This document shows positions 37,317-47,857 of a stretch of 64,000 bases of DNA, piece after piece. The position numbers were made by a program, and so were the translations under genes. How positions within the stretch are numbered: position 1 is the first letter of the stretch; each line of letters begins with the position of its first letter. This DNA comes from Escherichia coli (GTDB lineage Bacteria; Pseudomonadota; Gammaproteobacteria; Enterobacterales; Enterobacteriaceae), in assembly GCF_044324785.1 (NCBI RefSeq), contig NZ_CP172127.1, one strand, 5' to 3'. The notes below the pieces were generated by a model. It had not been told where the DNA came from and searched no databases. It worked only from the letters and a program-made list of their open reading frames with translations.

Positions 37317-38957
37317 ATGGCTATTTCTCAAAACTTTAAAACGCAGGTTGTATTCGGGGGGCGAATAGACCCGTCGTTTCGGCGCGGTACAACAGAACTC
37401 AACGACGCCATTCGGCAGACGTCGTCTACTGTCGGAAAATTAACGAAAAGCCAGGATAAATTAAAAGACAAAATCGCAGCAATGAAACTGGCAGGTAAAG
37501 ATGTCTCTGATTTATCTGCTCAATATCAAAAGCTGGACCGTCGGATAAAGGCGACAACGCAGGACCAGGAGGCGCTGAATACCCAGCTTGCTAAAAAACA
37601 GCGGCTGGAGAAGTGGACGGGGCGCGCAAAAGGTGCTGCAAAATGGGGCGGACGAGCCGCCGCAGGTGCGGTGAGGGCCACGGGACGGGGTATCAAATGG
37701 GGGACGCTGGGGGCCGTGGGTCTGCTCGGCGGCGCGGCTGCTGGCGCGCTGGCAATGAATGCAGAGACGTCAGAAAAACTCGGTCTGGCGAAGTCCTACG
37801 GTGTTGGCATCGAAAAATACGCTGCGTGGGAAAATATTGGTAAAGCTGCGGGCCTGAACGGCGAAAATGTTGGTGACCTGTCAGAAGAACTTACAAATAA
37901 AATCGGCGAAATCGGAAACGAAAAAAACCTGAACCCCATGTTGTTTCAAATTGGCTTGACAAAAAAACGGATGGCTAAATGGGATCGAGAAAAACAGTTC
38001 AATGAAGTTATGCGGCGTATCTCTGAAATGAAGGATGATCAACAGGCGGCGAGTCTGGCTGATCAGCTAATGGGGGGAGAGGCTAATAAAATAATGACCT
38101 ATATGCGGGCGACTGGTAAAAGCTGGGAGCAGACTATGTCGGACGCTCAAAAATCAAACCTGCTAACGAAAGAAGGGGCTGAGGGTGCAGCGCGCGCGCA
38201 CGTATCCGTCACGAATCTGTGGGGGGCAATCACATCGGGGCTGGCAGATACTCTCGGCAAAATCGGAGGGGAACTCGCGCCGACGTTTGACGCTATGCGA
38301 GACGGGCTGGCATCCTGGTTTAAAGAGAATCAAGGGGGGGTTGTTGATAGTATTAAAGAATGGGTTAAGCCAGAAAATATGAAAAAACTTTGGGAGGGGA
38401 TAGTCAGTTTTGGCGAGGCGTGCGTTAAATTCGGAAAAATAATTTGGGCAGTCGTAAAAAAACTGGAGTGGTTAATCCCGGACGAGAAAACAGACGAGGA
38501 ACAGCGCGTATATAACGAAGAATATAATAAAGCGTATCAGGAATTCATGGATAGTGGTGGTAAATATTCACCGAACCCAGGACTGGCAGCAGATAATGTA
38601 GCAAAAGCAAAAGCCGACGAAGCCGTGGATAATATGCGACACCCTGAACGTCTTGCTCGTGCAAAATCACAGGCTGAATCAATGCTCTCGTTTGCTAACC
38701 CGTTTACTGGATTAATAAATAAAGACTCAACGCCTGAATCACAAAACTCAGCAACGTTGAATATTGACGCGCTGAGACAGGCAGTCGCAACTCCAGCGCC
38801 AGAGCAAAACAATAAAATTGAAATCAATATTATCGGAGCAGCAGATCCACAATCAACACAGCAGGCTGCCGCATCGGGTGTGCTCGACGGGCTGAGACAG
38901 GTTGCGAGTTCGTACAATCGTGGTGCAATGTTTGATAAACCAGCGGCGGCGGGGTGA
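37317..38957 (+). CDS. tail tape measure protein
   Basis: 546 aa, coiled-coil and Gly/Ala-rich segments. Confidence 0.7.
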   Translation: MAISQNFKTQVVFGGRIDPSFRRGTTELNDAIRQTSSTVGKLTKSQDKLKDKIAAMKLAGKDVSDLSAQYQKLDRRIKATTQDQEALNTQLAKKQRLEKWTGRAKGAAKWGGRAAAGAVRATGRGIKWGTLGAVGLLGGAAAGALAMNAETSEKLGLAKSYGVGIEKYAAWENIGKAAGLNGENVGDLSEELTNKIGEIGNEKNLNPMLFQIGLTKKRMAKWDREKQFNEVMRRISEMKDDQQAASLADQLMGGEANKIMTYMRATGKSWEQTMSDAQKSNLLTKEGAEGAARAHVSVTNLWGAITSGLADTLGKIGGELAPTFDAMRDGLASWFKENQGGVVDSIKEWVKPENMKKLWEGIVSFGEACVKFGKIIWAVVKKLEWLIPDEKTDEEQRVYNEEYNKAYQEFMDSGGKYSPNPGLAADNVAKAKADEAVDNMRHPERLARAKSQAESMLSFANPFTGLINKDSTPESQNSATLNIDALRQAVATPAPEQNNKIEINIIGAADPQSTQQAAASGVLDGLRQVASSYNRGAMFDKPAAAG

Positions 38958-39382
38958 CAATGAGTGATGCAATAAACGGTGCTGAGGATATCATGCTCGG
39001 TTTGGGTGATTTCATTTTTGCTATATCAACAGTAGCGTACAACAAACTGCAACGTAGTGACGCCTGGCGCTGGGCTCAGCAAACACGATTCGGGAAAAAC
39101 GACGCATTGCAGATAACCGGACGACCGAACCCCACAATCACGATCGATGGGAAAATAAACGCGTTATTCCTTGATGGGTGCGGCATTGGCTTGTTAACAG
39201 ATTTGCGGGCACTGGGGAACTCGGGAGAACCCCAGCAACTGGTGCTGGGGACCGGGGAGGTGAAGGGGTACTGGGTTATCAGGGAGTTAACAGAAACGCA
39301 AAACAGTTTTCTGAAAGGAGGGACCCCAAAATCGCAGGACTTTTCACTCACGCTCGAATATTATGGAGCTTCGCTAGATTAA
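38954..39382 (+). CDS. tail protein U
   Basis: pattern matches P2 gpU family. Confidence 0.7.
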   Translation: MTMSDAINGAEDIMLGLGDFIFAISTVAYNKLQRSDAWRWAQQTRFGKNDALQITGRPNPTITIDGKINALFLDGCGIGLLTDLRALGNSGEPQQLVLGTGEVKGYWVIRELTETQNSFLKGGTPKSQDFSLTLEYYGASLD

Positions 39383-39544
39383 TACAAAATCAAGCGCTAC
39401 CAGAGCACTTAACAAGTATAAAAATAATAAAAAAAACTACGAGCATAAATGTAAAACAACCTGATGGTATTTTTTTTTGACGCCGAAATACTAATACCTC
39501 TCCGACTACTAAAATTAATTCTCATTATGAAATCCTTTTAATTA

Positions 39545-39769
39545 ATGGGGCCCCAAATGATTACATACACTACACGGGACGGTGACCGTCTCGATCAGAT
39601 CTGCCTTGCTGTCTACGGGAGAACAGCAAAAACGACAGAAACCGTGTTATATCAGGTTTTAAATTACGGCGTAACGGATATGTGTGCCGTGTTTCGTGCA
39701 GGAGAAAAAATTGTTTTACCAGAAATCGACCCCGAACCGGCTAAAAAAGAAACGCAATTATGGGATTGA
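39545..39769 (+). CDS. tail protein X (LysM-like)
   Basis: DRLDQICLAVYGRT ... ETVL pattern as P2 gpX. Confidence 0.7.
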   Translation: MGPQMITYTTRDGDRLDQICLAVYGRTAKTTETVLYQVLNYGVTDMCAVFRAGEKIVLPEIDPEPAKKETQLWD

Positions 39770-39772
39770 TGA

Positions 39773-40816
39773 ATGAGTGATTACGTAAATACTGGCGTGG
39801 AAGCATGGAAGCCCAATTTTTATATATCTGCTGATAATGAAAACATCACGGATAAAATAAGAAAAGGTTTGATCAATATCACGCTCACAGATTATGGTGG
39901 TTCGAGTAAACAGACAGACGAATTACGCGTAGCAATCGTTTCTGAAACTCTGAAAATTCCGGCCCGCGGAGTAAAAATCAGTATTGGGCTCGGTTTCGGT
40001 AATCAGATAATTGATAAGGGTGTATACATCGTTGATGGTGCGAGCAGTGGCGGTGAACCCCGGGTAGTTGATTTCACAGCAAAAGCAGCTCCGATGAACG
40101 CATCAAAAGGCTCTCCGACAGTTCAGAGCAAAAAAACTCGCTCCTGGAGCGACGTCACTGTCAGCAATATCGTTGCAACAATAGCGAGCGATAACGGGCT
40201 AAAACCTCGCGTATCAAAGCGGTTTGCAGACAACATTATCACGCAGCTCGATCAAGTCGGCGAGTCAGATATGCACCTGATGTCGCGGCTCGCAACGAGA
40301 TTCGATGCGGTGAGTAAACCCGCGGGCGGGTACTGGATATTCCTGCCGCGCGGCGCGGGCGAATCTGTTAGCGGAGCACCGCTTCAGCACTACACGCTCA
40401 CGCGTCGTGATAACTCAAGCTGGGGTTATTCGAGAAATGGACAAAACGGTGATAGTGGCGGAGGTGGCGAAAATGCGGAGCCAACGTATTTGATCAAATA
40501 TCACGATACAGCAACGGGGCAGATCAAAGAATTGCGTACGGGCAGTGGCGGCGATCCTGTAATCGAGTGGCCGGCAGTGGAGCCGTCGCTTGATGCAGCG
40601 AAAGAAGCTGCGCCAGGACTCAAGGGCGGTGCAGCTAAAAAAGAGTTCTCCATGACTTACACGACGCCCGCGACGCTCGATTTAGTATCGCTGACTGCAG
40701 AATGCAAAGTCACAACACAAGGATTCGGGACAGAGGAGGACCGAGACTGGACAATCAATACGTTGACGCTGACGCTGGCTGAAAACGGATTCTCTGCGCG
40801 ACTGTCGCTGGAGTAA
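39773..40816 (+). CDS. tail protein D (late control D family)
   Basis: 347 aa, last gene of P2-like tail order. Confidence 0.8.
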   Translation: MSDYVNTGVEAWKPNFYISADNENITDKIRKGLINITLTDYGGSSKQTDELRVAIVSETLKIPARGVKISIGLGFGNQIIDKGVYIVDGASSGGEPRVVDFTAKAAPMNASKGSPTVQSKKTRSWSDVTVSNIVATIASDNGLKPRVSKRFADNIITQLDQVGESDMHLMSRLATRFDAVSKPAGGYWIFLPRGAGESVSGAPLQHYTLTRRDNSSWGYSRNGQNGDSGGGGENAEPTYLIKYHDTATGQIKELRTGSGGDPVIEWPAVEPSLDAAKEAAPGLKGGAAKKEFSMTYTTPATLDLVSLTAECKVTTQGFGTEEDRDWTINTLTLTLAENGFSARLSLE

Positions 40817-40821
40817 ATGAA

Positions 40822-42648
40822 ATGGCAATAATATCGGGTGTATACGCAAATGGGGTCGGCGAGCCCGTTGTCGGCGTTCAGTTAGTATTAACAGCACGGG
40901 TCACGAGTTCACGCGTAGTAATGACCACTGTTGTAGAGCAAGAAACAGGCGCGGCGGGTGAGTACAAATTTGATATGAAGCCCGGAGTTTACGTTGTCAC
41001 TGCTAGTGCGGCATATCTCGGCGTGATTAACGTTAACCCGGACAGTGTTGACGGCACGTTAAACGACTATTTGACTAATTTTAGCGCAGACGAACTGACG
41101 CCAGCTGCGTTGGCGGAGATCCAGGAACTCGTTGCCACAGCACAAGCCGCTGCCAGTGTTGCCAGCGCCGCCGCAACGGAGGCCAGGCAGAATGCCGCCG
41201 CCGCCGCTGCTGCTGCGCAGATTTCGACGGCAGCGGCAGGGAGCGCCAGATTTGAGAATTTTGACGAAATTATCAATGTCAATACAACAGCAATGCTGGA
41301 GCTGGAAAAACCGGAGGTGTTAGATCCGGATATTGCAATAACTATCACAGAGACGATTAATTATAACTATATTGGCCCGGTAAACGGATTTTGCGACGTT
41401 ACTAGCCCGCTTGAATATAAAATTCAAATGTACGCCTACACAACAGGCGAATATTTTAACGGCGAAACAAATTTAACAGCGGACGGGAAGTTTTCTTTTA
41501 AACGTTCCTGGGCTGGTGCAAAACAATTCAGATTGGTGCGCGTAGCAGATAGTAAATGGATCACTACGCTGGAATACCCGCTGTGTATTCGCAGTTACTG
41601 GATGCCCGCTGACGCCGATCCCGAGGTAGTCAGCGTCATGAAAGACCGTTGCTACACATATGATCAGGCGTGCGCGGCGCTGGCTCTCATGGCGCAGAAT
41701 CACGAGGCGGTAGAGCGTTATGTTACGGGTCTGTGCGCCCTGGTGGGTGAAAACGGCGGCATTAAATTTTTTGTTAACCGGCTGTCCGCACAGTCCTCCC
41801 GCGAATATTACCGCACGGGTAACGCGGCGTGGGTGTTGTACGCCCTGGCATTCTATCTGAGCAAATACCCTACCGGCAGTAACGCTGAGTTAGCGCGCGC
41901 GAAATTAAACGCCGGGCTAACCTGGCTGGACGGTCTGAAGGTTGACGCCAGCGGCGACCCGCGCCACGGCTTATACATGGGCGGCAACGGTAAATATCTG
42001 GAGGACGGATCATTTGATCCGAATTATGTTGCGACCTGGTGCGCGCTCGAGCACAACGTTGATATTTATTTTTTATTCGAACTCGTTGGACGGTTAACCG
42101 ATTTTACCGGATACGAACTGCGAGCCACCACGCTGGCTGCAAATATCGTGGAAAAATTCTGGATTGAGAGCGAGGGGCGATTCCGGCAGGGCGTGCACAT
42201 TGACGGCCCGGACAACGCCGCAGCGCTGGATCAATCGAGTTGGGGCGGGATATTCGCAGTAAAAGCCGCGCCGGAGTTGGCGGAAAAATGCCGCCGTTAT
42301 ATGGAAAGATTCCGGTTCGGCACACTGGAGAGCACCGGTTATACACCGTATCACCCGGACTACGGATACAGCGGCCATAGCCGTGGCGTGTGGACCGAGG
42401 GTACAGCGGGTGTAGCACTATTCGAACGTGCGCTAGGGAACGAGCAGAGAGCTACCGATCTGATCGCGGGATTAAAACCACTGCGTAATGAATACGGCTA
42501 TCGCGACTCATGCGACGATAAAAAATACGACACACTGCCGGACTGGCCGTCGACTACAAACACCGCTTGGGTTATTTTAACATGCAAGCCGGCGGGGTTT
42601 TGGTGCGTAGATTTCCCGGTATTGGACGTTGGTATCGTCAGGTACTGA
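40822..42648 (+). CDS. side-tail-fibre-like N-terminal domain fused to putative (alpha/alpha)6 glycoside-hydrolase-like domain
   Basis: N-terminal ~100 aa parallel lambda Stf N-terminus; Ala-rich linker; ~400-aa C-terminal domain with glycosidase-like character. Confidence 0.5.
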   Translation: MAIISGVYANGVGEPVVGVQLVLTARVTSSRVVMTTVVEQETGAAGEYKFDMKPGVYVVTASAAYLGVINVNPDSVDGTLNDYLTNFSADELTPAALAEIQELVATAQAAASVASAAATEARQNAAAAAAAAQISTAAAGSARFENFDEIINVNTTAMLELEKPEVLDPDIAITITETINYNYIGPVNGFCDVTSPLEYKIQMYAYTTGEYFNGETNLTADGKFSFKRSWAGAKQFRLVRVADSKWITTLEYPLCIRSYWMPADADPEVVSVMKDRCYTYDQACAALALMAQNHEAVERYVTGLCALVGENGGIKFFVNRLSAQSSREYYRTGNAAWVLYALAFYLSKYPTGSNAELARAKLNAGLTWLDGLKVDASGDPRHGLYMGGNGKYLEDGSFDPNYVATWCALEHNVDIYFLFELVGRLTDFTGYELRATTLAANIVEKFWIESEGRFRQGVHIDGPDNAAALDQSSWGGIFAVKAAPELAEKCRRYMERFRFGTLESTGYTPYHPDYGYSGHSRGVWTEGTAGVALFERALGNEQRATDLIAGLKPLRNEYGYRDSCDDKKYDTLPDWPSTTNTAWVILTCKPAGFWCVDFPVLDVGIVRY

Positions 42649-42676
42649 CAATTATAATTTTTGGAGTTTTTTATAC

Positions 42677-43096
42677 ATGGTCGTTAAAAATATTCTTGCC
42701 TTTGGGATTATGTGTGCGCTTGCTGGTTGTGCAACCAAGCCAGTCTCAAACGAGCAGGCTACTCCCGTTCCAGAAAAACAGGTAATCAATAGCGCAATAC
42801 TCGAAAAAAGAGATGGGACAGGAGAGGTGATCATCAAGCGTGATTCGGGTTTCTTTGGGAGCGCGTGCTTTTCCCGTGTTTATGTTGATGGTAAAGAGGT
42901 GGCAGATTTAGGTACAGCTCAGAAAGTCGTTGTATACCCAACGATTGGTGATCATGTCTTCAGCGCGTGGCCAAAAGGAGTATGTGGTGGTGGCATGAGT
43001 GAGCAGGCGGGCAAGGTGACAACAGATCGTACTTTGATGTATCGCATAGGTTACGGTTCAAACGGTGAATATGGCATTCACCCAACTGCGTTTTAA
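42677..43096 (+). CDS. lipoprotein (about 139 aa from internal ATG), prophage-end cargo
   Basis: GGAG RBS then MVVKNILAFGIMCALAGCATK with lipobox; last gene before att. Confidence 0.5.
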   Translation: MVVKNILAFGIMCALAGCATKPVSNEQATPVPEKQVINSAILEKRDGTGEVIIKRDSGFFGSACFSRVYVDGKEVADLGTAQKVVVYPTIGDHVFSAWPKGVCGGGMSEQAGKVTTDRTLMYRIGYGSNGEYGIHPTAF

Positions 43097-43253
43097 CTGT
43101 GTTGGGTATGCGATTTTATTCGCATACCCCTTAGGGCAATTGACGATACTTCCAAATGACCATTATTTTACGTGTGGCCTCGATGTTGCGCACATGAGAG
43201 TTCTATATTCTTTCAAACAGGATTATCCCATTGATTTAATTATACTTTCGTAT

Positions 43254-43314
43254 GGTCTCGAAAACCGGAGTAGGGGCAACTCTACCGGGGGTTCAAATCC
43301 CCCTCTCTCCGCCA
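43254..43314 (+). other. 3' fragment of tRNA-Ser (anticodon CGA; anticodon loop to CCA), putative prophage attachment-site remnant
   Basis: ggtctcgaaaaccggagtaggggcaactctaccgggggttcaaatccccctctctccgcca matches the 3' part of a serU-type tRNA-Ser; 5' acceptor/D-arm absent. Confidence 0.6.
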
Positions 43315-43983
43315 CTTTATCAATGACTTATCTCCCGACTTCCCGCCTTGCTTTTCCTAAACAGAACAATCGTAGAATATTCTTGAAGGGTTAGATCGTC
43401 ACTGTTTTCTGTTCGATACTGTGACATTCAGCACTTGATTCGCTATGGATCTGACAGGAAGGTTTCGAGCGAAAATCTGCAGTTATTCAGTCGTTTTCTT
43501 ATCGCTCACCATTATTCTTTTAGACATTCATCCTATGAAACTGCCGCAAAGTTGGTGGTGGGAACTGAAGTTGCGTAGAGAAGGGGGCAATAATTGAGCC
43601 AAAAAAGGAACGCGGCCGTCAGATTAAAGCCGCGGGACAAAGTCCATAATTTCCAAGAGTTGTTGAATTTCCCAGCTTTTTTGAAAGCCTTTGTATCATA
43701 CTAACAAGTAAAAAAGGTTTAAATACCAAAATTAACCTATATTTCTGGTTAGCTTTACCATGACAGATGACTTGCTTCTGGAGACATTGGCGCTGCCAGT
43801 CTGTATTGGTGAGTTGTGTATTTATTGTTCGCCGCTTTCTCGGTTTTTTTCTACAGACATAATAAAAAAGACACGTCTCAAGCATGAGCGTGTCTGAGTT
43901 TGTTTTATTTATTTGTCTTGGTAAATTATTGTCGTTACTACCAGGCACTGTTCTGTTAAATAATTGAAGTCAGCGCAAAAAAA

Positions 43984-44634
43984 TCAATGAGACATCATCT
44001 CCTCGACCACTTCTTCGCTACTCAACTGATAGGGATAATACGTTGGCCAGTTTTCCATTTCATTTAATAAAGATTGCTGTGAATCATTACCCATAAAAAT
44101 GTGAAAATGAGATGATTTTCGTGGTGCAATTATATGATCGCTAAATTGAATATATTTAGGGGCTTTGCTTTCAGGATCTTTACATTCGAATAAGTAACGA
44201 ACGCCTTTCTTGCCTGATTTATAGGTGAGTATTTTGTATCCATCATAATCATATTTACAGGATGTTGTTTCATTATTTCTATGGAATTCAACAATGCCGT
44301 CCTCAATGCCAATCATCTCGATATCTGTCACATAACCTTTGCGATAATAATCTTTAATTTCAGCAAATGTTTTAGTTTTATCTGCATCCGCTTTCTTCTG
44401 AAAGACGGGGTCAAGTTTGCCACTTTGCAGTAAAGGATAAACGGATTGCCAGACTCCATCCCAGTCACTGAGCGTTCGGTTTTGTACATTGGCATCATCA
44501 AAAACACCATTAGCAGCTTTTTGTTCGACCTCTGTTAAGGGTTTGCCGTGTGAGTGATGACCATGCGAAAAGGCAGGAGCGCTAACAATAAAGACACCTA
44601 AAGCAACAGCCAGTTTATGAAGACGAATCGCCAA
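43984..44634 (-). CDS. zinT: zinc/cadmium-binding periplasmic protein ZinT
   Basis: 216 aa; signal peptide then HGHHSHG. Confidence 0.85.
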   Translation of the reverse strand: MAIRLHKLAVALGVFIVSAPAFSHGHHSHGKPLTEVEQKAANGVFDDANVQNRTLSDWDGVWQSVYPLLQSGKLDPVFQKKADADKTKTFAEIKDYYRKGYVTDIEMIGIEDGIVEFHRNNETTSCKYDYDGYKILTYKSGKKGVRYLFECKDPESKAPKYIQFSDHIIAPRKSSHFHIFMGNDSQQSLLNEMENWPTYYPYQLSSEEVVEEMMSH

Positions 44635-44670
44635 AACAGTTTCCTCCAGAGTTAATGTATATGATGTGTA

Positions 44671-44687
44671 ATGTTATATTGTAACAT
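44671..44687. promoter_or_regulatory. putative Zur box in zinT promoter
   Basis: atgtta-tattg-taacat imperfect palindrome about 40 bp upstream of zinT. Confidence 0.45.
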
Positions 44688-44821
44688 ATAACAAAATGCA
44701 ACAACTCTTAGGAGACAAGAGAATAGTTATCTCAGGTGTGCTTATCTATCTTATTGAAATAAAATAAATTATGTCGATGATTTGAGGTTGATGACAAACG
44801 AAACATAACTTGATGTGATCT

Positions 44822-44858
44822 GCGTAGGCCGGATAGGGCGCTCGCGCCGCATCCGGCA
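44822..44858. repeat. REP (repetitive extragenic palindromic) element
   Basis: gcgtaggccggatagggcgctcgcgccgcatccggca. Confidence 0.6.
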
Positions 44859-44890
44859 GGGATAACGCGTACTTTGTCGGCAATATGAAG

Positions 44891-45526
44891 TTATACAGAT
44901 AATTTGTTGTGAACCTGCTTGCGTAACCGGTTAAAAAGGGAACGCAACTTCTTATACCGTAAGGCTAAAAGCAGTACAGCCAGCCCAGCGTAGATGAGTG
45001 GCTGCGGTGAAATAATCTTCACTGACCACAGATAATGTACTGGGGCAAGGATCGCGACAAGATAGACGAAGTTATGCAACTGTTGCCAGTTTTTGCCGAG
45101 TTTTCGCTGCATCGCCTGGGTTGAAGTGAACGCTAAAGCAAGCAAAATTATCCAGCTGATAATACCTAACGTTAAATAAGGCCGGGTAATTAACTCCTTG
45201 CCTAATAACGCCAGATTATTCACGCCCAGCTCCAGTAATGCGTAACTGGTTAAATGCAGTGTCGCCCAGGCAAAGCACCATAAGCCTAACAGGCGGCGAG
45301 TGCGTATCAATAACGGCTGTTTTGCGTAGCGTGCCAGAGGTGTGATTAACAAGGTCGCCAGCAAAAATTTCAGTGCAGTGCGACCAGTAAAATGCTGAAT
45401 ATCTTTCACCGGATCGGCACCCAATCCACCGTGATTAATCGCCCAGACCAGCCAGAGAAACGGCAACAATCCGGCAAGATGCAGGCAAACTTTCAGCCAT
45501 GTCACCTGTTTTGCTGTCAGACGCAT
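44891..45526 (-). CDS. msrQ: methionine sulfoxide reductase heme-binding subunit MsrQ
   Basis: 211-aa polytopic membrane protein adjacent to msrP. Confidence 0.9.
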   Translation of the reverse strand: MRLTAKQVTWLKVCLHLAGLLPFLWLVWAINHGGLGADPVKDIQHFTGRTALKFLLATLLITPLARYAKQPLLIRTRRLLGLWCFAWATLHLTSYALLELGVNNLALLGKELITRPYLTLGIISWIILLALAFTSTQAMQRKLGKNWQQLHNFVYLVAILAPVHYLWSVKIISPQPLIYAGLAVLLLALRYKKLRSLFNRLRKQVHNKLSV

Positions 45527-46537
<1,011 letters not shown>

Positions 46538-46639
46538 TCACACTTTTTTGTCTTTAGCCAGCAAGAGCCGTTTACTGTTAATCTGTCAGGGAGTCACCTC
46601 CCTAACAGTAGCAGAGATCTGCTTTTACATATTTATGCA

Positions 46640-47053
46640 TTAACTGCCACGATAGGTTGAATACCCATATTGGCTAAGTAATAAAGGCACATGATAATGC
46701 TCGTTCACTTTATTAATATGAAATTCAACGGGGATCTCAGGGAAGAAACTTTCAAGATTTTGTTTCTTGAAATAGTCCCCGGTTTTAAATACGACACGGT
46801 AATCGCCCGTAGTTGCAGTTTGCTCGGGCCACAGTGCCTTAATTCGTCCATCCTTATCTGTTTTGGCGGTATTAAGTTGTAACCAGCCGTTATCCGCTTT
46901 CTTTTCAAGAGTGACTGTCACGTCGGCAGCGGGTTTTCCTGTTTGCTGGTTCAAAATGTGCACGCTAAGAATGTTTTGTTGTGCAGCATAGACCAAAGAA
47001 GGTAATGAAAATGCAGCCGTTACTACGGAGAGTACTAAATAACGCTTTAACAT
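46640..47053 (-). CDS. hiuH: 5-hydroxyisourate hydrolase (transthyretin-like)
   Basis: 137 aa; C-terminal YRGS. Confidence 0.85.
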   Translation of the reverse strand: MLKRYLVLSVVTAAFSLPSLVYAAQQNILSVHILNQQTGKPAADVTVTLEKKADNGWLQLNTAKTDKDGRIKALWPEQTATTGDYRVVFKTGDYFKKQNLESFFPEIPVEFHINKVNEHYHVPLLLSQYGYSTYRGS

Positions 47054-47185
47054 GTTTATATCCTTGTCATGTGAATGAGTTTTGAGGATAGCGAAAAAGC
47101 GTCCAGGGTAACCTTACAGAAGCATTACAATTTTGTAATGAACCAGGCTGTTTCTATAACATATGATTTATGGCATATTATTTTC

Positions 47186-47857
47186 ATGAAGATTCTACTT
47201 ATTGAAGATAATCAAAGGACCCAGGAATGGGTAACGCAGGGGCTTTCCGAAGCGGGTTATGTCATTGATGCCGTTACTGATGGCAGAGATGGGCTTTATC
47301 TTGCGCTGAAGGATGATTATGCATTGATCATTCTGGATATTATGCTTCCGGGTATGGATGGCTGGCAGATCTTACAAACGTTAAGAACGGCAAAGCAAAC
47401 TCCTGTTATTTGCCTTACTGCAAGAGATTCTGTCGATGACAGAGTCAGAGGGCTGGACAGTGGGGCAAATGATTATCTGGTAAAACCTTTTTCATTTTCT
47501 GAGTTGCTGGCAAGGGTTCGGGCACAATTAAGGCAACATCACGCTTTGAATTCAACATTAGAAATCAGCGGCTTAAGAATGGACTCTGTTAGTCAAAGTG
47601 TGAGCAGGGACAATATCAGTATTACACTGACGCGCAAGGAGTTTCAGTTACTTTGGCTACTGGCCTCCAGAGCTGGCGAAATTATACCCAGAACGGTTAT
47701 TGCGAGTGAAATTTGGGGAATCAACTTTGATAGTGATACCAATACGGTGGATGTCGCCATTCGCAGGCTCCGCGCAAAAGTTGATGATCCTTTTCCTGAA
47801 AAGCTAATCGCCACAATCCGGGGGATGGGCTATTCATTCGTAGCGGTAAAAAAATAA
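47186..47857 (+). CDS. hprR: two-component response regulator HprR
   Basis: OmpR-family receiver plus winged helix; start taken at MKILLIEDN. Confidence 0.85.
   Translation: MKILLIEDNQRTQEWVTQGLSEAGYVIDAVTDGRDGLYLALKDDYALIILDIMLPGMDGWQILQTLRTAKQTPVICLTARDSVDDRVRGLDSGANDYLVKPFSFSELLARVRAQLRQHHALNSTLEISGLRMDSVSQSVSRDNISITLTRKEFQLLWLLASRAGEIIPRTVIASEIWGINFDSDTNTVDVAIRRLRAKVDDPFPEKLIATIRGMGYSFVAVKK

Noticed and set aside
37613-37843. 76-aa plus-strand ORF rich in Arg/Gly/Cys
   Set aside because: It is an alternative frame inside the tape measure gene and reflects its GC-rich repetitive coding sequence.
41150-41230. Repetitive gcc/gct runs that could look like a tandem repeat array
   Set aside because: They are in frame within ORF 40822..42648 and encode an Ala-rich linker; there are no spacer-repeat units, so this is not a CRISPR array.
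43619-43948. 109-aa minus-strand ORF between the att fragment and zinT
   Set aside because: No RBS, low-complexity translation, and it lies in what looks like the zinT downstream/intergenic region.
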